The notes under the pieces: generated by a model
Database searches by the model: none
What the model saw: only the letters and a program-made list of their open reading frames with translations
Told to the model about the DNA's origin: nothing
Shown: positions 9,703-19,540 of the stretch, piece by piece
Layout: the number at the start of each line of letters is the position of its first letter
Numbering within the stretch: position 1 is the stretch's first letter
Sequence record: NC_047713.1
Strand: one strand, 5' to 3'
Length of the DNA: 64,000 nt
Made by a program: the position numbers and the translations under genes

Positions 9703-11052
9703 ATGTCTAAGAGACCAGCAATATATAGAAAAGTCTCAGTAGTTACTAAAGATGGTTTTAGGGCAGATATTCGTCTTGCTTGTGTGTCAATTGACTTCTT
9801 TCAGGATATAATGTCACCTGCACTAACGGCAAAGATTATTATTGCCAATACTATGACTAATATTGAGGATGATCAGGGTGCCACCGTATCTCTCTATGAA
9901 GGATTGAAGTTGCGCGGTGGTGAGGCAGTTGAGATTGAAATAGAAGCAAATAGTGAAGATAACTTACCTATTAAATTTAATAATCCTGCGTTGTATGTCA
10001 GTGGTGTATCTGAAATGAGTAGGAAGTCACTCAAACAGTTCTTCACTATCAACTTATACACCAAGGAGGCATATGATAATGAGACTAAGTTCCTAGAGAA
10101 AGCATATCCAAAAGAATCTAGAGTGAGTGATCATGTTAGTACTATAGTTTCTGAGTCTTTTCCTACAACTACTCTCAATAAGGTAGATACTACCTCAAAT
10201 ACTTATGGTTTTTTGGGTAATCAACTCAAGCCATTCTATGCTCTTATCAGGTTAGCAAGTAAAGCAGTTCCTGAAGGTGCTGGTAGTGGTGGAAATAGTG
10301 CGACAGCTGGTTTCTTCTTCTACCAATCTATGAGTGGATTTAACTTTAGATCCATTGATAAAATGATGGGGGAAGAACCAAAGGCACAATATACTTACAC
10401 TGAAGTTAGTTCATCTGAAGAGACTGGAGATTTTGAAGCTACCCCAGAACTACCTTCTAATAGGTTTAAGATTGAGAAGTTTCACGTCACTAAAAACCAG
10501 AACCTCTTGAAGAACCTTAGTCAAGGTGTATACGCCTCTGCTAAGAAGTTCTTTAACCCTGTAGATTTTACAGTCACCCCACCACAAGAGTTCTTCAGTG
10601 GTGATAAGTACATCAGGGGTGTTAGTAACTTGGGTCAGGCTTTTGATCCACAAGACATCAGCTTAGCGGGTGATTCTTTGAGTTTCACTAATGTACCATC
10701 TAGGATTCTTAATGAGGTATATGATATTGGAACTGTTGAGAAAGAAGTGAATCAGGAACCCACACAAAACCCTGATGAGTTTCTAGCACAGAGAAAGATG
10801 AGGTATAATACATTATTCACTCAAGATGTTTATATTCAAGTTAGTGTTAATACTAATCTTGAGGCTGGTGATCTTGTTAAATGTCTATTCCCTAAAACTC
10901 AAGAGTGTCCTACTGATGATATAGATCAGGATCAGTTAAGTGGTCTATATATGATTAAGGAAATTAGACATCACTTTGATACTAGGGGTTCTTATTCATC
11001 TATGAGACTACTTCGTGACACCTTTGGTTTATATGGAGTGAATAACAAATGA
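9703..11052 (+). CDS. Baseplate hub protein, gp27/GpD-like
   Basis: C-terminal NLEAGDLV...LSGLYMIKEIRHHF pattern typical of hub proteins; directly precedes gp5. Confidence 0.55.
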   Translation: MSKRPAIYRKVSVVTKDGFRADIRLACVSIDFFQDIMSPALTAKIIIANTMTNIEDDQGATVSLYEGLKLRGGEAVEIEIEANSEDNLPIKFNNPALYVSGVSEMSRKSLKQFFTINLYTKEAYDNETKFLEKAYPKESRVSDHVSTIVSESFPTTTLNKVDTTSNTYGFLGNQLKPFYALIRLASKAVPEGAGSGGNSATAGFFFYQSMSGFNFRSIDKMMGEEPKAQYTYTEVSSSEETGDFEATPELPSNRFKIEKFHVTKNQNLLKNLSQGVYASAKKFFNPVDFTVTPPQEFFSGDKYIRGVSNLGQAFDPQDISLAGDSLSFTNVPSRILNEVYDIGTVEKEVNQEPTQNPDEFLAQRKMRYNTLFTQDVYIQVSVNTNLEAGDLVKCLFPKTQECPTDDIDQDQLSGLYMIKEIRHHFDTRGSYSSMRLLRDTFGLYGVNNK

Positions 11053-13118
11053 CAATTAAACTTGGTAGAATCGCTGACATTGAACCACAAAAGGAACAGG
11101 TCGATGGCGGTGGATGGGCGTGGAGATACAAAGTACGCATCCTAGACAAACACTCACAGGATAAGAATGTTCTTCCTGATGAGGATCTACCGTGGGCACA
11201 GGTTATTATGCCTGTCACGGCAGGTTCTGGTGCTGCTAACTATGCAGTATCGCCTATGATTAACCAGGGTGACACTGTAAGAATTGAGTATTATGATCTA
11301 GACGAACAACAACCAGTTATTACAGGTATCCTCCCTAGAACTAAAAAGGTTTCTACAGGTCCAGTGGGTGAGAATAACGGATATCTACCACACACTGGTT
11401 ATACAGAGAGGAGAGAGCCAAACTCCAAACAGGTAAAGGATGAGTCACATGAATCTAATAAGGAGAGTCAAGTATCCACAAGGTCAGATAGGTTCTCCAG
11501 TGTTTTTGGTGATACTACAGTTCTAGCGGATAGTTGTGATCCTAATGCTTATAAGATTAACGCAGTAACTTCTGCTATCACTAATCTATTCAACCAGATT
11601 AATAACTTTGCTAATCAAGCGTCATACATTGAGACTATCACACAAGCAACTATTGATAGAATTCATGCCATTGTAAATCCATATGTGGGACAAATCTTCA
11701 ATGGATTGTTTGAGGGATTGGTTCCTATTCTCAACCAGGGTTTGGCTGCATTATACAAGAAAATATTCGCTCAAGTATTGGCTGCCACTAATGGTAATGT
11801 AATTGCTGCCACTGCTGCCGCAGAAGCAGCACTTATCGCACTTATGCCAGCTATTATGGCACTACAGGAAGCCATTCAGATGTTGGCATCTCTAACAGTT
11901 GAGCAAATGTTAGACGAGATTGATTCCCTAGTTAGGGATGCAGTTGATAATAATGATGACTTCTCCCGTTGTGCGGCAGAAGACTTCGCTTCTGCTATGA
12001 TCAACGATATTGTTGATAAGACTGATAATGGTATGCAACCACTACTAAACGCAGTCACTATTATTCTAGCACTCGCAAGTGTTGGTAGTGGATTCACCGC
12101 TGGTACTGCTATTCGTAGTACTTTGGATGTTCTAAAAGATCTCACATCTGCTCTACTTGCACCAGGTCAAAGTGGTGGTGGTAATTGTGGTGGAATCACA
12201 AAGGAATATGCATTTGGTATAGGTCCTGTGAAGGATGTGGGTGATGTTATGGATGCTCTTCTAGAGTCAGCAAACATAGCAAAGTCACTAGTAGATGAGG
12301 CAAAGAAAACACAACAGGAAGTTGATGGTCTCCTAGACACATTTGGTGACTTCCCATTTATGAGTTCCACTACAAATATTATATCTAATCTAGACAAGTG
12401 TTCCACACTAGAACCTACTACTTGTTTTGGTCCTGAAGTTGTATTATTTGGTGGTAGAGGTGATGGTGCTAAAGCTCGTGCTATTATTGGCAACACAAAA
12501 TCAAAATCAGATGATAGAATTGCTGGTAATGCGCAGGGTGGCATTGTTGCTATTGAAGTTCTGGATGGTGGTTCAGGTTATGAGTACCCACCATATGTGG
12601 ATATCAGAGACAATTGTGGTCTAGGTATTGGTGGTGTTGGTAGAGCAGTCCTAAAGGGTGATAAGGTAGATAAAATCTATATGGTGAATATTGGTGAAGA
12701 CTATCCTGGAGATGCACCTGGAGATGCACCTGGGGACTTTATTGTTGATACTATTATCATCGTTGATGGTGGCATAGGATATGAACCAGGTATTACTCCT
12801 GGAGGTGAATATGAAGTTATTACTGACCCAGATGGAACAGTAATTGATATTATTCCTACCAACCCAGTACCAATTCCTGGTCCTCCAACTATAAATATAC
12901 CAGATGTATCTCCACCTATTCCACCAGGAGGTAATATCATTGATGGTAATGTTGTAGATGAGAATGGTAAAGTAATAGCACCCGCTAAGATTGGTACTGG
13001 TTTAGTGTTCTATCCAGTTATCAAACAGATACCCCCACTTAAGGACCTCCTTGAGGGTAATGTTCCTGGATTTACACCGGAAGAAGTTGTATTCATTATT
13101 GATTGTATTCAGAGTTAG
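11049..13118 (+). CDS. gp5: Baseplate hub/spike protein gp5 (OB-fold N-terminus, no lysozyme domain seen)
   Basis: RYKVRILDKH...LPWAQVIMPVTAGSG...PVITG OB-fold motifs; DGGSGYEYPP repeats. Confidence 0.75.
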   Translation: MTIKLGRIADIEPQKEQVDGGGWAWRYKVRILDKHSQDKNVLPDEDLPWAQVIMPVTAGSGAANYAVSPMINQGDTVRIEYYDLDEQQPVITGILPRTKKVSTGPVGENNGYLPHTGYTERREPNSKQVKDESHESNKESQVSTRSDRFSSVFGDTTVLADSCDPNAYKINAVTSAITNLFNQINNFANQASYIETITQATIDRIHAIVNPYVGQIFNGLFEGLVPILNQGLAALYKKIFAQVLAATNGNVIAATAAAEAALIALMPAIMALQEAIQMLASLTVEQMLDEIDSLVRDAVDNNDDFSRCAAEDFASAMINDIVDKTDNGMQPLLNAVTIILALASVGSGFTAGTAIRSTLDVLKDLTSALLAPGQSGGGNCGGITKEYAFGIGPVKDVGDVMDALLESANIAKSLVDEAKKTQQEVDGLLDTFGDFPFMSSTTNIISNLDKCSTLEPTTCFGPEVVLFGGRGDGAKARAIIGNTKSKSDDRIAGNAQGGIVAIEVLDGGSGYEYPPYVDIRDNCGLGIGGVGRAVLKGDKVDKIYMVNIGEDYPGDAPGDAPGDFIVDTIIIVDGGIGYEPGITPGGEYEVITDPDGTVIDIIPTNPVPIPGPPTINIPDVSPPIPPGGNIIDGNVVDENGKVIAPAKIGTGLVFYPVIKQIPPLKDLLEGNVPGFTPEEVVFIIDCIQS

Positions 13119-13120
13119 AC

Positions 13121-13822
13121 ATGGCAGAACAAAATTGGGAAAGAAGAATACTCCAGAGTTTTGGTGCTAACTTTCGACTAGATGTTAGTAACCCACAGAA
13201 GACTGTTGGTGGTGAAGATGTATATAACTTCTACTCTGTTACAGATGAGGAGAAAGTATGTCTAATGGGACAACAACAGGATGGTCTCTGGCGCCTCTAC
13301 AATGATGATAAGGTAGAGATTGTAGGTGGTGCCAAAGTTGTTGAGGATGGTGTATGTGTAACTATTGTTGGTAAGAACGGTGATGTAGTTATTAACGCTG
13401 ACAACAATGGGAGGGTTAGAATCCGTGGGCAGAATATCAACCTCCAGGCAGATGAGGATGTTAATATCACTGCGGGTAGGAATGTTAATATCAAATCTGG
13501 TTCTGGTAGAACTCTCCTTGCGGGCAATACCCTGGAGAAAGACGCACTCAAAGGTAATCTATTAGACCCAGAGAAACAATGGGCATGGAGAGTATTTGAA
13601 GGAACTGGACTACCTGCTGGTATGTTCCCACAACTCATGTCACCCTTCAGTGGTATTACAGACCTAGCGGGATCTATTGTTGGTGGAGTTGGGTTCGGTG
13701 ATGCAATCAGTGGGGCTGTGAGTAGTGCAGTCAGTGGGGCAGTCAGTGGTGCTGTTGGTGGTGTCGCCGGTGGTGTCGCCGGTGATATTGCTGGTGACGC
13801 AATTGGTGGTATTATACCCTGA
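13121..13822 (+). CDS. gp5 C-terminal beta-helix-like spike protein (true start probably ATG 13121)
   Basis: VVINADNNGRVRIRGQNINLQADEDVNITAGRNVNIKSG beta-repeat; G/A/V-rich tail. Confidence 0.5.
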   Translation: MAEQNWERRILQSFGANFRLDVSNPQKTVGGEDVYNFYSVTDEEKVCLMGQQQDGLWRLYNDDKVEIVGGAKVVEDGVCVTIVGKNGDVVINADNNGRVRIRGQNINLQADEDVNITAGRNVNIKSGSGRTLLAGNTLEKDALKGNLLDPEKQWAWRVFEGTGLPAGMFPQLMSPFSGITDLAGSIVGGVGFGDAISGAVSSAVSGAVSGAVGGVAGGVAGDIAGDAIGGIIP

Positions 13823-13860
13823 TAAATATAAGAAGCACCTATAACTAGCACCTATTAGTA

Positions 13861-16650
13861 ATGGCAAGCATTCAATTCCCAGCAAATCCGAAAGTTGGTG
13901 ATACTTACTACGACGTAGATACAAATATAACTTACACCTGGGAGGGTGAATACTGGTTTGCAACAGGACCAGGCACAGGTATTGGTGCCACTGGAGCAAC
14001 TGGAGCACAAGGAAATCAAGGTTCTAGTGGTGAAAAGGGTGAGCCAGGAACTCGCGGAATTAAAGGAGATACTGGATCTACTGGTTCTACCGGTCCCACA
14101 GGTCCTGGTGGTTTTATTGGATTAACAGGTGCAACTGGTCCTCAAGGTTCTCCCGGTGGTGCTACCGGTGCTACAGGTAATATTGGTCCTTTAGGAACTA
14201 CTGGTGCAACTGGTCCTGATGGTGCTAGTGGTGCTACAGGTATTCAGGGTCCTATTGGTACTCCAGGTGGTGCAACTGGCGCTACTGGTTTAGCTGGTCC
14301 TCCAGGAAATGTTGGTGCTACTGGTCCTCTCGGTCCTAATGGTACTCCAGGTGGTGCTACTGGTCCTCTTGGTCCTGTTGGTTCTACTGGAGCCACTGGT
14401 GCTGGTGCTACTGGCTCTGATGGTGCTACTGGTTCTACAGGTATTCAGGGACTACAAGGTTCCCCAGGTGGTGCAACTGGTGCTACTGGTATTGATGGTT
14501 TACTAGGTCCTATTGGTGCCACAGGTACTACAGGAGCTACCGGTGTTGATGGTCCTATTGGTGCCACAGGTACTACAGGTGCCACAGGTGAGACAGGTGA
14601 TACAGGTTCAACCGGTGCTGCTGGTCCTACGGGTATTCCTGGAGCCACTGGATTTACTGGTCCCGAAGGGGCTACAGGTTTAAAAGGTGATGAAGGAGCT
14701 ACAGGTACTACAGGTCCCCAAGGTTCTCCGGGTGGTGCCACTGGTGCTACTGGTGTTGATGGTCCCGTAGGTTCTACAGGTGCCACGGCTGCTACTGGTG
14801 CAACTGGTCCTGACGGTCCTACTGGTCCCGCAGGTCCTACAGGTTTATTAGGTGCTACTGGTGCTACTGGTGATGATGGTTCTACTGGAGCCACTGGTGC
14901 TACTGGTTTTGGTGCTACTGGTGCCGATGGTGCTAGTGGAGCTACAGGTTCTACGGGTCCTGATGGACCTCTTGGTTCTACTGGAGCCACTGGTATTGCA
15001 GGTGGTGTGAGTCATGTATGGTCACCAGATGTTTCTATCCTAACCGCCAACAACTCTTTCCTATTCACCCATGATGTAGACGAAGATATTAAGGTTCTAA
15101 AGATATCCAAGTTTAGTTCAACATTCACCAATGAGGAGGCACTACTTAATAGTTTTGCAATCGGTGATTCACTTAGACTAACATCAGGTCCAGCAACATT
15201 CCAATATACTGTTAGAGCCAATGGTGGACTCACAGTATCATCTGGTGTTGACGTGTTTATGTTACTCGTCAGTGATGGTTTCTTAGCATCTGGTAGTGGA
15301 ACACTCAATGGTTCAACAGTTGTTCTTCAACGTCCCACATCATCCACCTTCGCTACATTTAACTTCGGTGTATCCACTATCAACTGGCCTACTACTGATG
15401 GTGATGTAACTATTGACTATCCATTCCTAGTAAACAATGGTCCTAGGTATGTTGCATTCAATCAGAAGGATCTACTAGGTAGGGATGATGAGCAGTTCTT
15501 CTTTGAACCTTTAGTATCTACAGACCTAAACTCATTCCAGTTCCAGGTTAAGACTACTAACTTCTTCAAATCAGAAATTGAAGGTGGTTACTACTATAGT
15601 GATATTGATGCCTATGTGTATCTAACTGATATCACCGAACTATATTCAGATCCAAGTAATCCAGTAACCAGTGTGGGTTCACCTTGGAATGTTCAGGTTG
15701 TAGGTATTGCCTCCGCCATTCCTGGTGTTGCTGGTTCTCCAGGTGGTGCAACCGGTGCTACTGGTCCTGCAGGTCCTCCAAGTGGTGCAACTGGTGCTAC
15801 AGGTGATCTTGGTCCTATTGGTCCCGGTGGTCCTACTGGTCCCGTTGGTGTTAACGGATCCCCAGGTTCACCCGGTGGTGCAACTGGTGCCACTGGTGCT
15901 GATGGTCCTGAAGGTGCTACTGGTTCTACAGGTGCAACAGGTGCATTCGTCACTGGTAGTAATCTTGTAGCTGGTATTATCACAGCCACCACATTCGATG
16001 GTGATGCCACATCAGCTAATAAGATTAAGACTAACCAATCCACCAGTGCGGCTGTTAACTATCTAACTTTCGTTTCTGATGATAACACTGGTGGTGCCGT
16101 TAGTGAAACCCTCAAGACAAACTTGAATGTAAGTTTCATTCCTTCTTCTGGTGATTTTATCGCTAGTAGGATTACAGCAAGTAACAACTTCTACCTGGGT
16201 GGTACTGAGGTCAATTCTTCAGCATCTGAACTAAATGTGTTGGTTGGTGTTACTGACTTCTTAGATGAAGATAATATGGCATCCGATAGTCCTACGGCTA
16301 TCCCATCACAACAATCAGTTAAGAGGTATGTTGACGCTAACGCTTTCTCTGGTATTACTACAGTTAGTATCCTAGTGGGCGCTGGTTCTAGTGATGTATA
16401 CTTCGCAAGTTCTATTGTTCCAACTACTAATGAGTCCATTGACTTGGGTAGTATTGACTATAAGTTCAGAGACCTCTACCTATCAGACACAACCATATAT
16501 ACTAACACTGGTGAACTTAGTGTAGGTTTGAATACCACAGCACCAACCGCAAAGGTTGTTCTTGGTCCAGCACTACAAACAATTGTTCAACAGTCCACTG
16601 ATTTTGATGACTTTAAGATCAGAATCGCAGCACAAAGTTGGGGTGGATAA
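13861..16650 (+). CDS. Collagen-like tail fibre/appendage protein
   Basis: Long Gly-X-Y tracts (GAT, GPT, GST); N-terminal [11 protein letters not shown]...YTW motif; C-terminal [14 protein letters not shown]...FRDLYLS fibre motif; TAAATA upstream at 13823. Confidence 0.85.
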   Translation: MASIQFPANPKVGDTYYDVDTNITYTWEGEYWFATGPGTGIGATGATGAQGNQGSSGEKGEPGTRGIKGDTGSTGSTGPTGPGGFIGLTGATGPQGSPGGATGATGNIGPLGTTGATGPDGASGATGIQGPIGTPGGATGATGLAGPPGNVGATGPLGPNGTPGGATGPLGPVGSTGATGAGATGSDGATGSTGIQGLQGSPGGATGATGIDGLLGPIGATGTTGATGVDGPIGATGTTGATGETGDTGSTGAAGPTGIPGATGFTGPEGATGLKGDEGATGTTGPQGSPGGATGATGVDGPVGSTGATAATGATGPDGPTGPAGPTGLLGATGATGDDGSTGATGATGFGATGADGASGATGSTGPDGPLGSTGATGIAGGVSHVWSPDVSILTANNSFLFTHDVDEDIKVLKISKFSSTFTNEEALLNSFAIGDSLRLTSGPATFQYTVRANGGLTVSSGVDVFMLLVSDGFLASGSGTLNGSTVVLQRPTSSTFATFNFGVSTINWPTTDGDVTIDYPFLVNNGPRYVAFNQKDLLGRDDEQFFFEPLVSTDLNSFQFQVKTTNFFKSEIEGGYYYSDIDAYVYLTDITELYSDPSNPVTSVGSPWNVQVVGIASAIPGVAGSPGGATGATGPAGPPSGATGATGDLGPIGPGGPTGPVGVNGSPGSPGGATGATGADGPEGATGSTGATGAFVTGSNLVAGIITATTFDGDATSANKIKTNQSTSAAVNYLTFVSDDNTGGAVSETLKTNLNVSFIPSSGDFIASRITASNNFYLGGTEVNSSASELNVLVGVTDFLDEDNMASDSPTAIPSQQSVKRYVDANAFSGITTVSILVGAGSSDVYFASSIVPTTNESIDLGSIDYKFRDLYLSDTTIYTNTGELSVGLNTTAPTAKVVLGPALQTIVQQSTDFDDFKIRIAAQSWGG
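13981..15000 (+). repeat. Collagen Gly-X-Y repeat tract 1
   Basis: About 340 codons of G-X-Y with recurring PGG-ATGATG interruptions. Confidence 0.9.
15721..15945 (+). repeat. Collagen Gly-X-Y repeat tract 2
   Basis: [16 protein letters not shown]...[10 protein letters not shown]. Confidence 0.85.
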
Positions 16651-16653
16651 TTA

Positions 16654-17076
16654 ATGGGTTATCGTAATGAGAAAGCTCCCCACACTGGGAGCTTATTGGT
16701 AGGAACTGGAGGTAGAGTTACTTTTACTGGTAGATCCTCTGGTGATATGAATAAGATTGCCACTTGGGGTGAAGAAGGGGGACAGATAGAATCTACCAAC
16801 TTTTCTGATCTTCTGGCACTATACGAGGAGTCTTTCGCGGTATCTATTGTCAGTGAAGATGAACCTTCGCTAAGACCTTTGGGTGAAGACCTAAAACTAG
16901 GAGATCTGTGGTATAGTACGTCAGAACGGAGACAGTATGTTTTTACAAATGGAATTGATGACCTTCCAGTCACCTTTAGAGGCTGGACACCTGTTATTTC
17001 AGGACTTAGTACGATTGCTAACGGATTTGTTGTATCCAATGGTATCATTGTTGGTGTGGCAGCAACAACTCCATAA
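16654..17076 (+). CDS. Hypothetical fibre-associated protein
   Basis: 140 aa; P...GDLWYST motif of the kind seen in phage fibre modules. Confidence 0.6.
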   Translation: MGYRNEKAPHTGSLLVGTGGRVTFTGRSSGDMNKIATWGEEGGQIESTNFSDLLALYEESFAVSIVSEDEPSLRPLGEDLKLGDLWYSTSERRQYVFTNGIDDLPVTFRGWTPVISGLSTIANGFVVSNGIIVGVAATTP

Positions 17077-17078
17077 TA

Positions 17079-17087
17079 TGGTATAAT
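17079..17087 (+). promoter_or_regulatory. Extended -10 host-type promoter
   Basis: TGG-TATAAT upstream of the methyltransferase at 17112; no good -35. Confidence 0.45.
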
Positions 17088-17111
17088 GGTGGGTAAGTAT
17101 CTTATACCCAC

Positions 17112-17675
17112 ATGAGCCACGAGCACGAAGATTACGAATTTGAAAAAGATTATTGGGGTGATTGTTGTAATACCTTCGATGAGGATCAGAAACATTATGT
17201 GTATGCCCGTCTAATGGGATTAGAACAGGCACACTATAGTTTTCGTTTGCCTGGTATTTCTGTAATTGATATTGGTGGCGGTCCTTCTTCGATGTTATTG
17301 AAGACTGAAGGACTTACTAGAGGTTTGGTTGTAGATCCTATTTCATATCCTCAATGGACTAAAGATAGGTATTCAGTAAAGAATATTGAAGTCCATGTAG
17401 ATGTTGGTGAGAATGTAACAGAGACAGGATATGATGAGGTGTGGATATACAATTGTATGCAACACGCTATTGATCCAGAGAAGATTATTGCTAACGCAAG
17501 GGCAGCAGCACCAGTCCTACGATTGTTTGAGTGGATTGATATCCCAGCACACGATGGTCACCCTCATGAACTTACAGAGCAATCACTAAATAAGTGGATT
17601 GGTCAAACCGGTAGTGTCACATCTCTAGCAGAGAGTGGTTGCTATGGTAAAGCATATTATGGAGTATTTGAGTGA
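17112..17675 (+). CDS. Class I SAM-dependent methyltransferase-like protein
   Basis: VIDIGGGP motif I; YDEVWIYNCMQH...DPEKII. Confidence 0.65.
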   Translation: MSHEHEDYEFEKDYWGDCCNTFDEDQKHYVYARLMGLEQAHYSFRLPGISVIDIGGGPSSMLLKTEGLTRGLVVDPISYPQWTKDRYSVKNIEVHVDVGENVTETGYDEVWIYNCMQHAIDPEKIIANARAAAPVLRLFEWIDIPAHDGHPHELTEQSLNKWIGQTGSVTSLAESGCYGKAYYGVFE

Positions 17676-18751
17676 GATTTCATCTATTAGGTTTGCCCCA
17701 TACAGTAACCCACCCAGACTATACTGCTTGTGCATACACCATGAAGGTGTTGAAGTTTGGTAAGATGATGAAGGCGCGTGGTCATACAATTATTCACTAT
17801 GGTCACGAAGATAGTAAGTTGGTATGTGATGAGCATGTTTCAGTAACTACCAATGCAGACCTAGAGAAAGCATACGGCAGTTATGATTGGAGAAAGAACT
17901 TCTTCAAGTTCAATACATCGGACCACGCATATCAGACATTCTACAAGAATGCTATTGAAGAAGTAGGTAAGCGCAAACAGAAGAATGATTTCATCCTACC
18001 TTTCTGGGGTAGTGGTACTCGTCCTGTATGTGATGCTCACCCAGAAATGATTTGTGTGGAACCCGGTATTGGTTATGCTGGTGGTCACTGGTCTCAGTGG
18101 AAAGTGTTTGAGAGTTACGCTATTCTCCATGCATACTGTAATCTAACATCAGTAGGAACCTGCAAACAGAGTTGGTATGATGTTGTTATCCCTAATTACT
18201 TTGACTTAGATGATTTCACCTACGCCCCAGAAACTAAGGAAGACTATTTTCTATTCTTGGGGCGTGTATATAGCGGTAAGGGCATTGATATTGCTGTACA
18301 GGTTACTGAACACATAGGTGCTAAACTAAAAGTAGCAGGACAGAACCCAGAGAACCGAACTTTCCCACCACATGTGGAGTTTGTTGGATATGCTGATATT
18401 GAGATGAGACGGGAGTTGATGTCTAAAGCAAAGGCATCCTTTGTTGCATCACAATACCTAGAACCTTTCGGTGGTGTTCAGGTGGAGAACTTATTATCAG
18501 GAACTCCTACTATCACTACAGACTGGGGTGCTTTCGTTGAGAACAACCCAGACGGACTAACTGGTTTCCGTTGTCGTACATTCGGTGACTTTGTTGATGC
18601 CGCTAATAACATTGACCAGATATCTCCTGCAGTATGTCGCACTTTCGGTGAGCAGTTTGCACTGGAGAATATTGCTCCCAAGTACGAGAAGTATTTCCAG
18701 GATGTTCTCAATGTATATACTGGAAAGGGATGGTATGAACTAAATGAATGA
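17672..18751 (+). CDS. Glycosyltransferase, GT-B fold (GT4-like)
   Basis: FLFLGRVYSGKGID; EPFGGVQVE (E-x7-E); SGTPTITTDWG. Confidence 0.88.
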   Translation: MRFHLLGLPHTVTHPDYTACAYTMKVLKFGKMMKARGHTIIHYGHEDSKLVCDEHVSVTTNADLEKAYGSYDWRKNFFKFNTSDHAYQTFYKNAIEEVGKRKQKNDFILPFWGSGTRPVCDAHPEMICVEPGIGYAGGHWSQWKVFESYAILHAYCNLTSVGTCKQSWYDVVIPNYFDLDDFTYAPETKEDYFLFLGRVYSGKGIDIAVQVTEHIGAKLKVAGQNPENRTFPPHVEFVGYADIEMRRELMSKAKASFVASQYLEPFGGVQVENLLSGTPTITTDWGAFVENNPDGLTGFRCRTFGDFVDAANNIDQISPAVCRTFGEQFALENIAPKYEKYFQDVLNVYTGKGWYELNE

Positions 18752-19337
18752 ACTAATACAAACGATTGATTGTATTACTCAAACTGAAATCAATACAATC
18801 AAAGAATATGTCCAAGATGATTGGTGGCAACCTACTACTATCTTTGGAATGTCTGGTTGTGAAATTAATACAGATGTTAGATCCAATGATAGAATATCTC
18901 TCCATGATGATAGTATTGCCGCTCAGATTATTCATACGGGTATGAATAAGGCACTCATTGAGTATAGAACACAACTCTATAATGTTGATCCATACTTCAA
19001 CAATTACCCAGTTCCAGGATCATATAGGACTAATTGTCACAGGGAAGGTATTCAACTCCTCAGATACAAAGAAGGACAACACTACAACTGGCATCACGAT
19101 ACTGCAGCAGATCGTACAGTGAATGAGTATCACAGAACGATCTCTATTGTGTTATACTTATCAGATGACTTTGAGGGTGGTAGAACAGTCTTCCCCCACA
19201 GAGCATACAAACCAAAAGCAGGTCAGGCACTAATTTTTCCCTCTAACTGGTGTTTCCCACATAAGTGTGAACCAATCACAAAGGGTGTGAAGTTAGCATC
19301 TGTTTCCTGGTACTATTCACATTATAACTATGACTGA
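18744..19337 (+). CDS. 2OG-Fe(II) oxygenase (prolyl-hydroxylase-like)
   Basis: YNWHHDT (HxD), YLSDDFEGG, FPSNWCFPH distal His. Confidence 0.88.
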   Translation: MNELIQTIDCITQTEINTIKEYVQDDWWQPTTIFGMSGCEINTDVRSNDRISLHDDSIAAQIIHTGMNKALIEYRTQLYNVDPYFNNYPVPGSYRTNCHREGIQLLRYKEGQHYNWHHDTAADRTVNEYHRTISIVLYLSDDFEGGRTVFPHRAYKPKAGQALIFPSNWCFPHKCEPITKGVKLASVSWYYSHYNYD

Positions 19338-19506
19338 AAATAAGACTACACCACAAACAGTAGAAGAAGCAACTCATGCTGCTTTCACTGGAAAGATGAA
19401 CATGATCAAGTGTGCAGAACACTGTGGGATGACGATAAAACAGTTTAAATTAACCTTCCGTGAGTATCTAAAATACCACCCAATAGACGAAAATTATCCT
19501 ATCTAA
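19330..19506 (+). CDS. Small hypothetical protein (58 aa; absent from track)
   Basis: Own translation MTENKTTPQTVEEATHAAFTGKMNMIKCAEHCGMTIKQFKLTFREYLKYHPIDENYPI; overlaps the upstream stop. Confidence 0.65.
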   Translation: MTENKTTPQTVEEATHAAFTGKMNMIKCAEHCGMTIKQFKLTFREYLKYHPIDENYPI

Positions 19507-19540
19507 ATATATGTAAGCAAGTATATGATGGTACGGAACA

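Noticed and set aside
13297-14008. Minus-strand 184-aa and 114-aa ORFs
   Set aside because: Antisense to well-supported structural genes, low-complexity, no RBS or motifs.
14445-16043. Long Pro/Val/Ala-rich minus-strand ORFs (14445-14990, 15693-16043) and Leu/Val-rich alternative-frame ORFs
   Set aside because: These are shadows of the GGT-rich collagen repeats.
16659-17195. 178-aa antisense ORF
   Set aside because: Fully overlaps a plus-strand gene in a co-oriented operon and runs into the next gene; no motif support.
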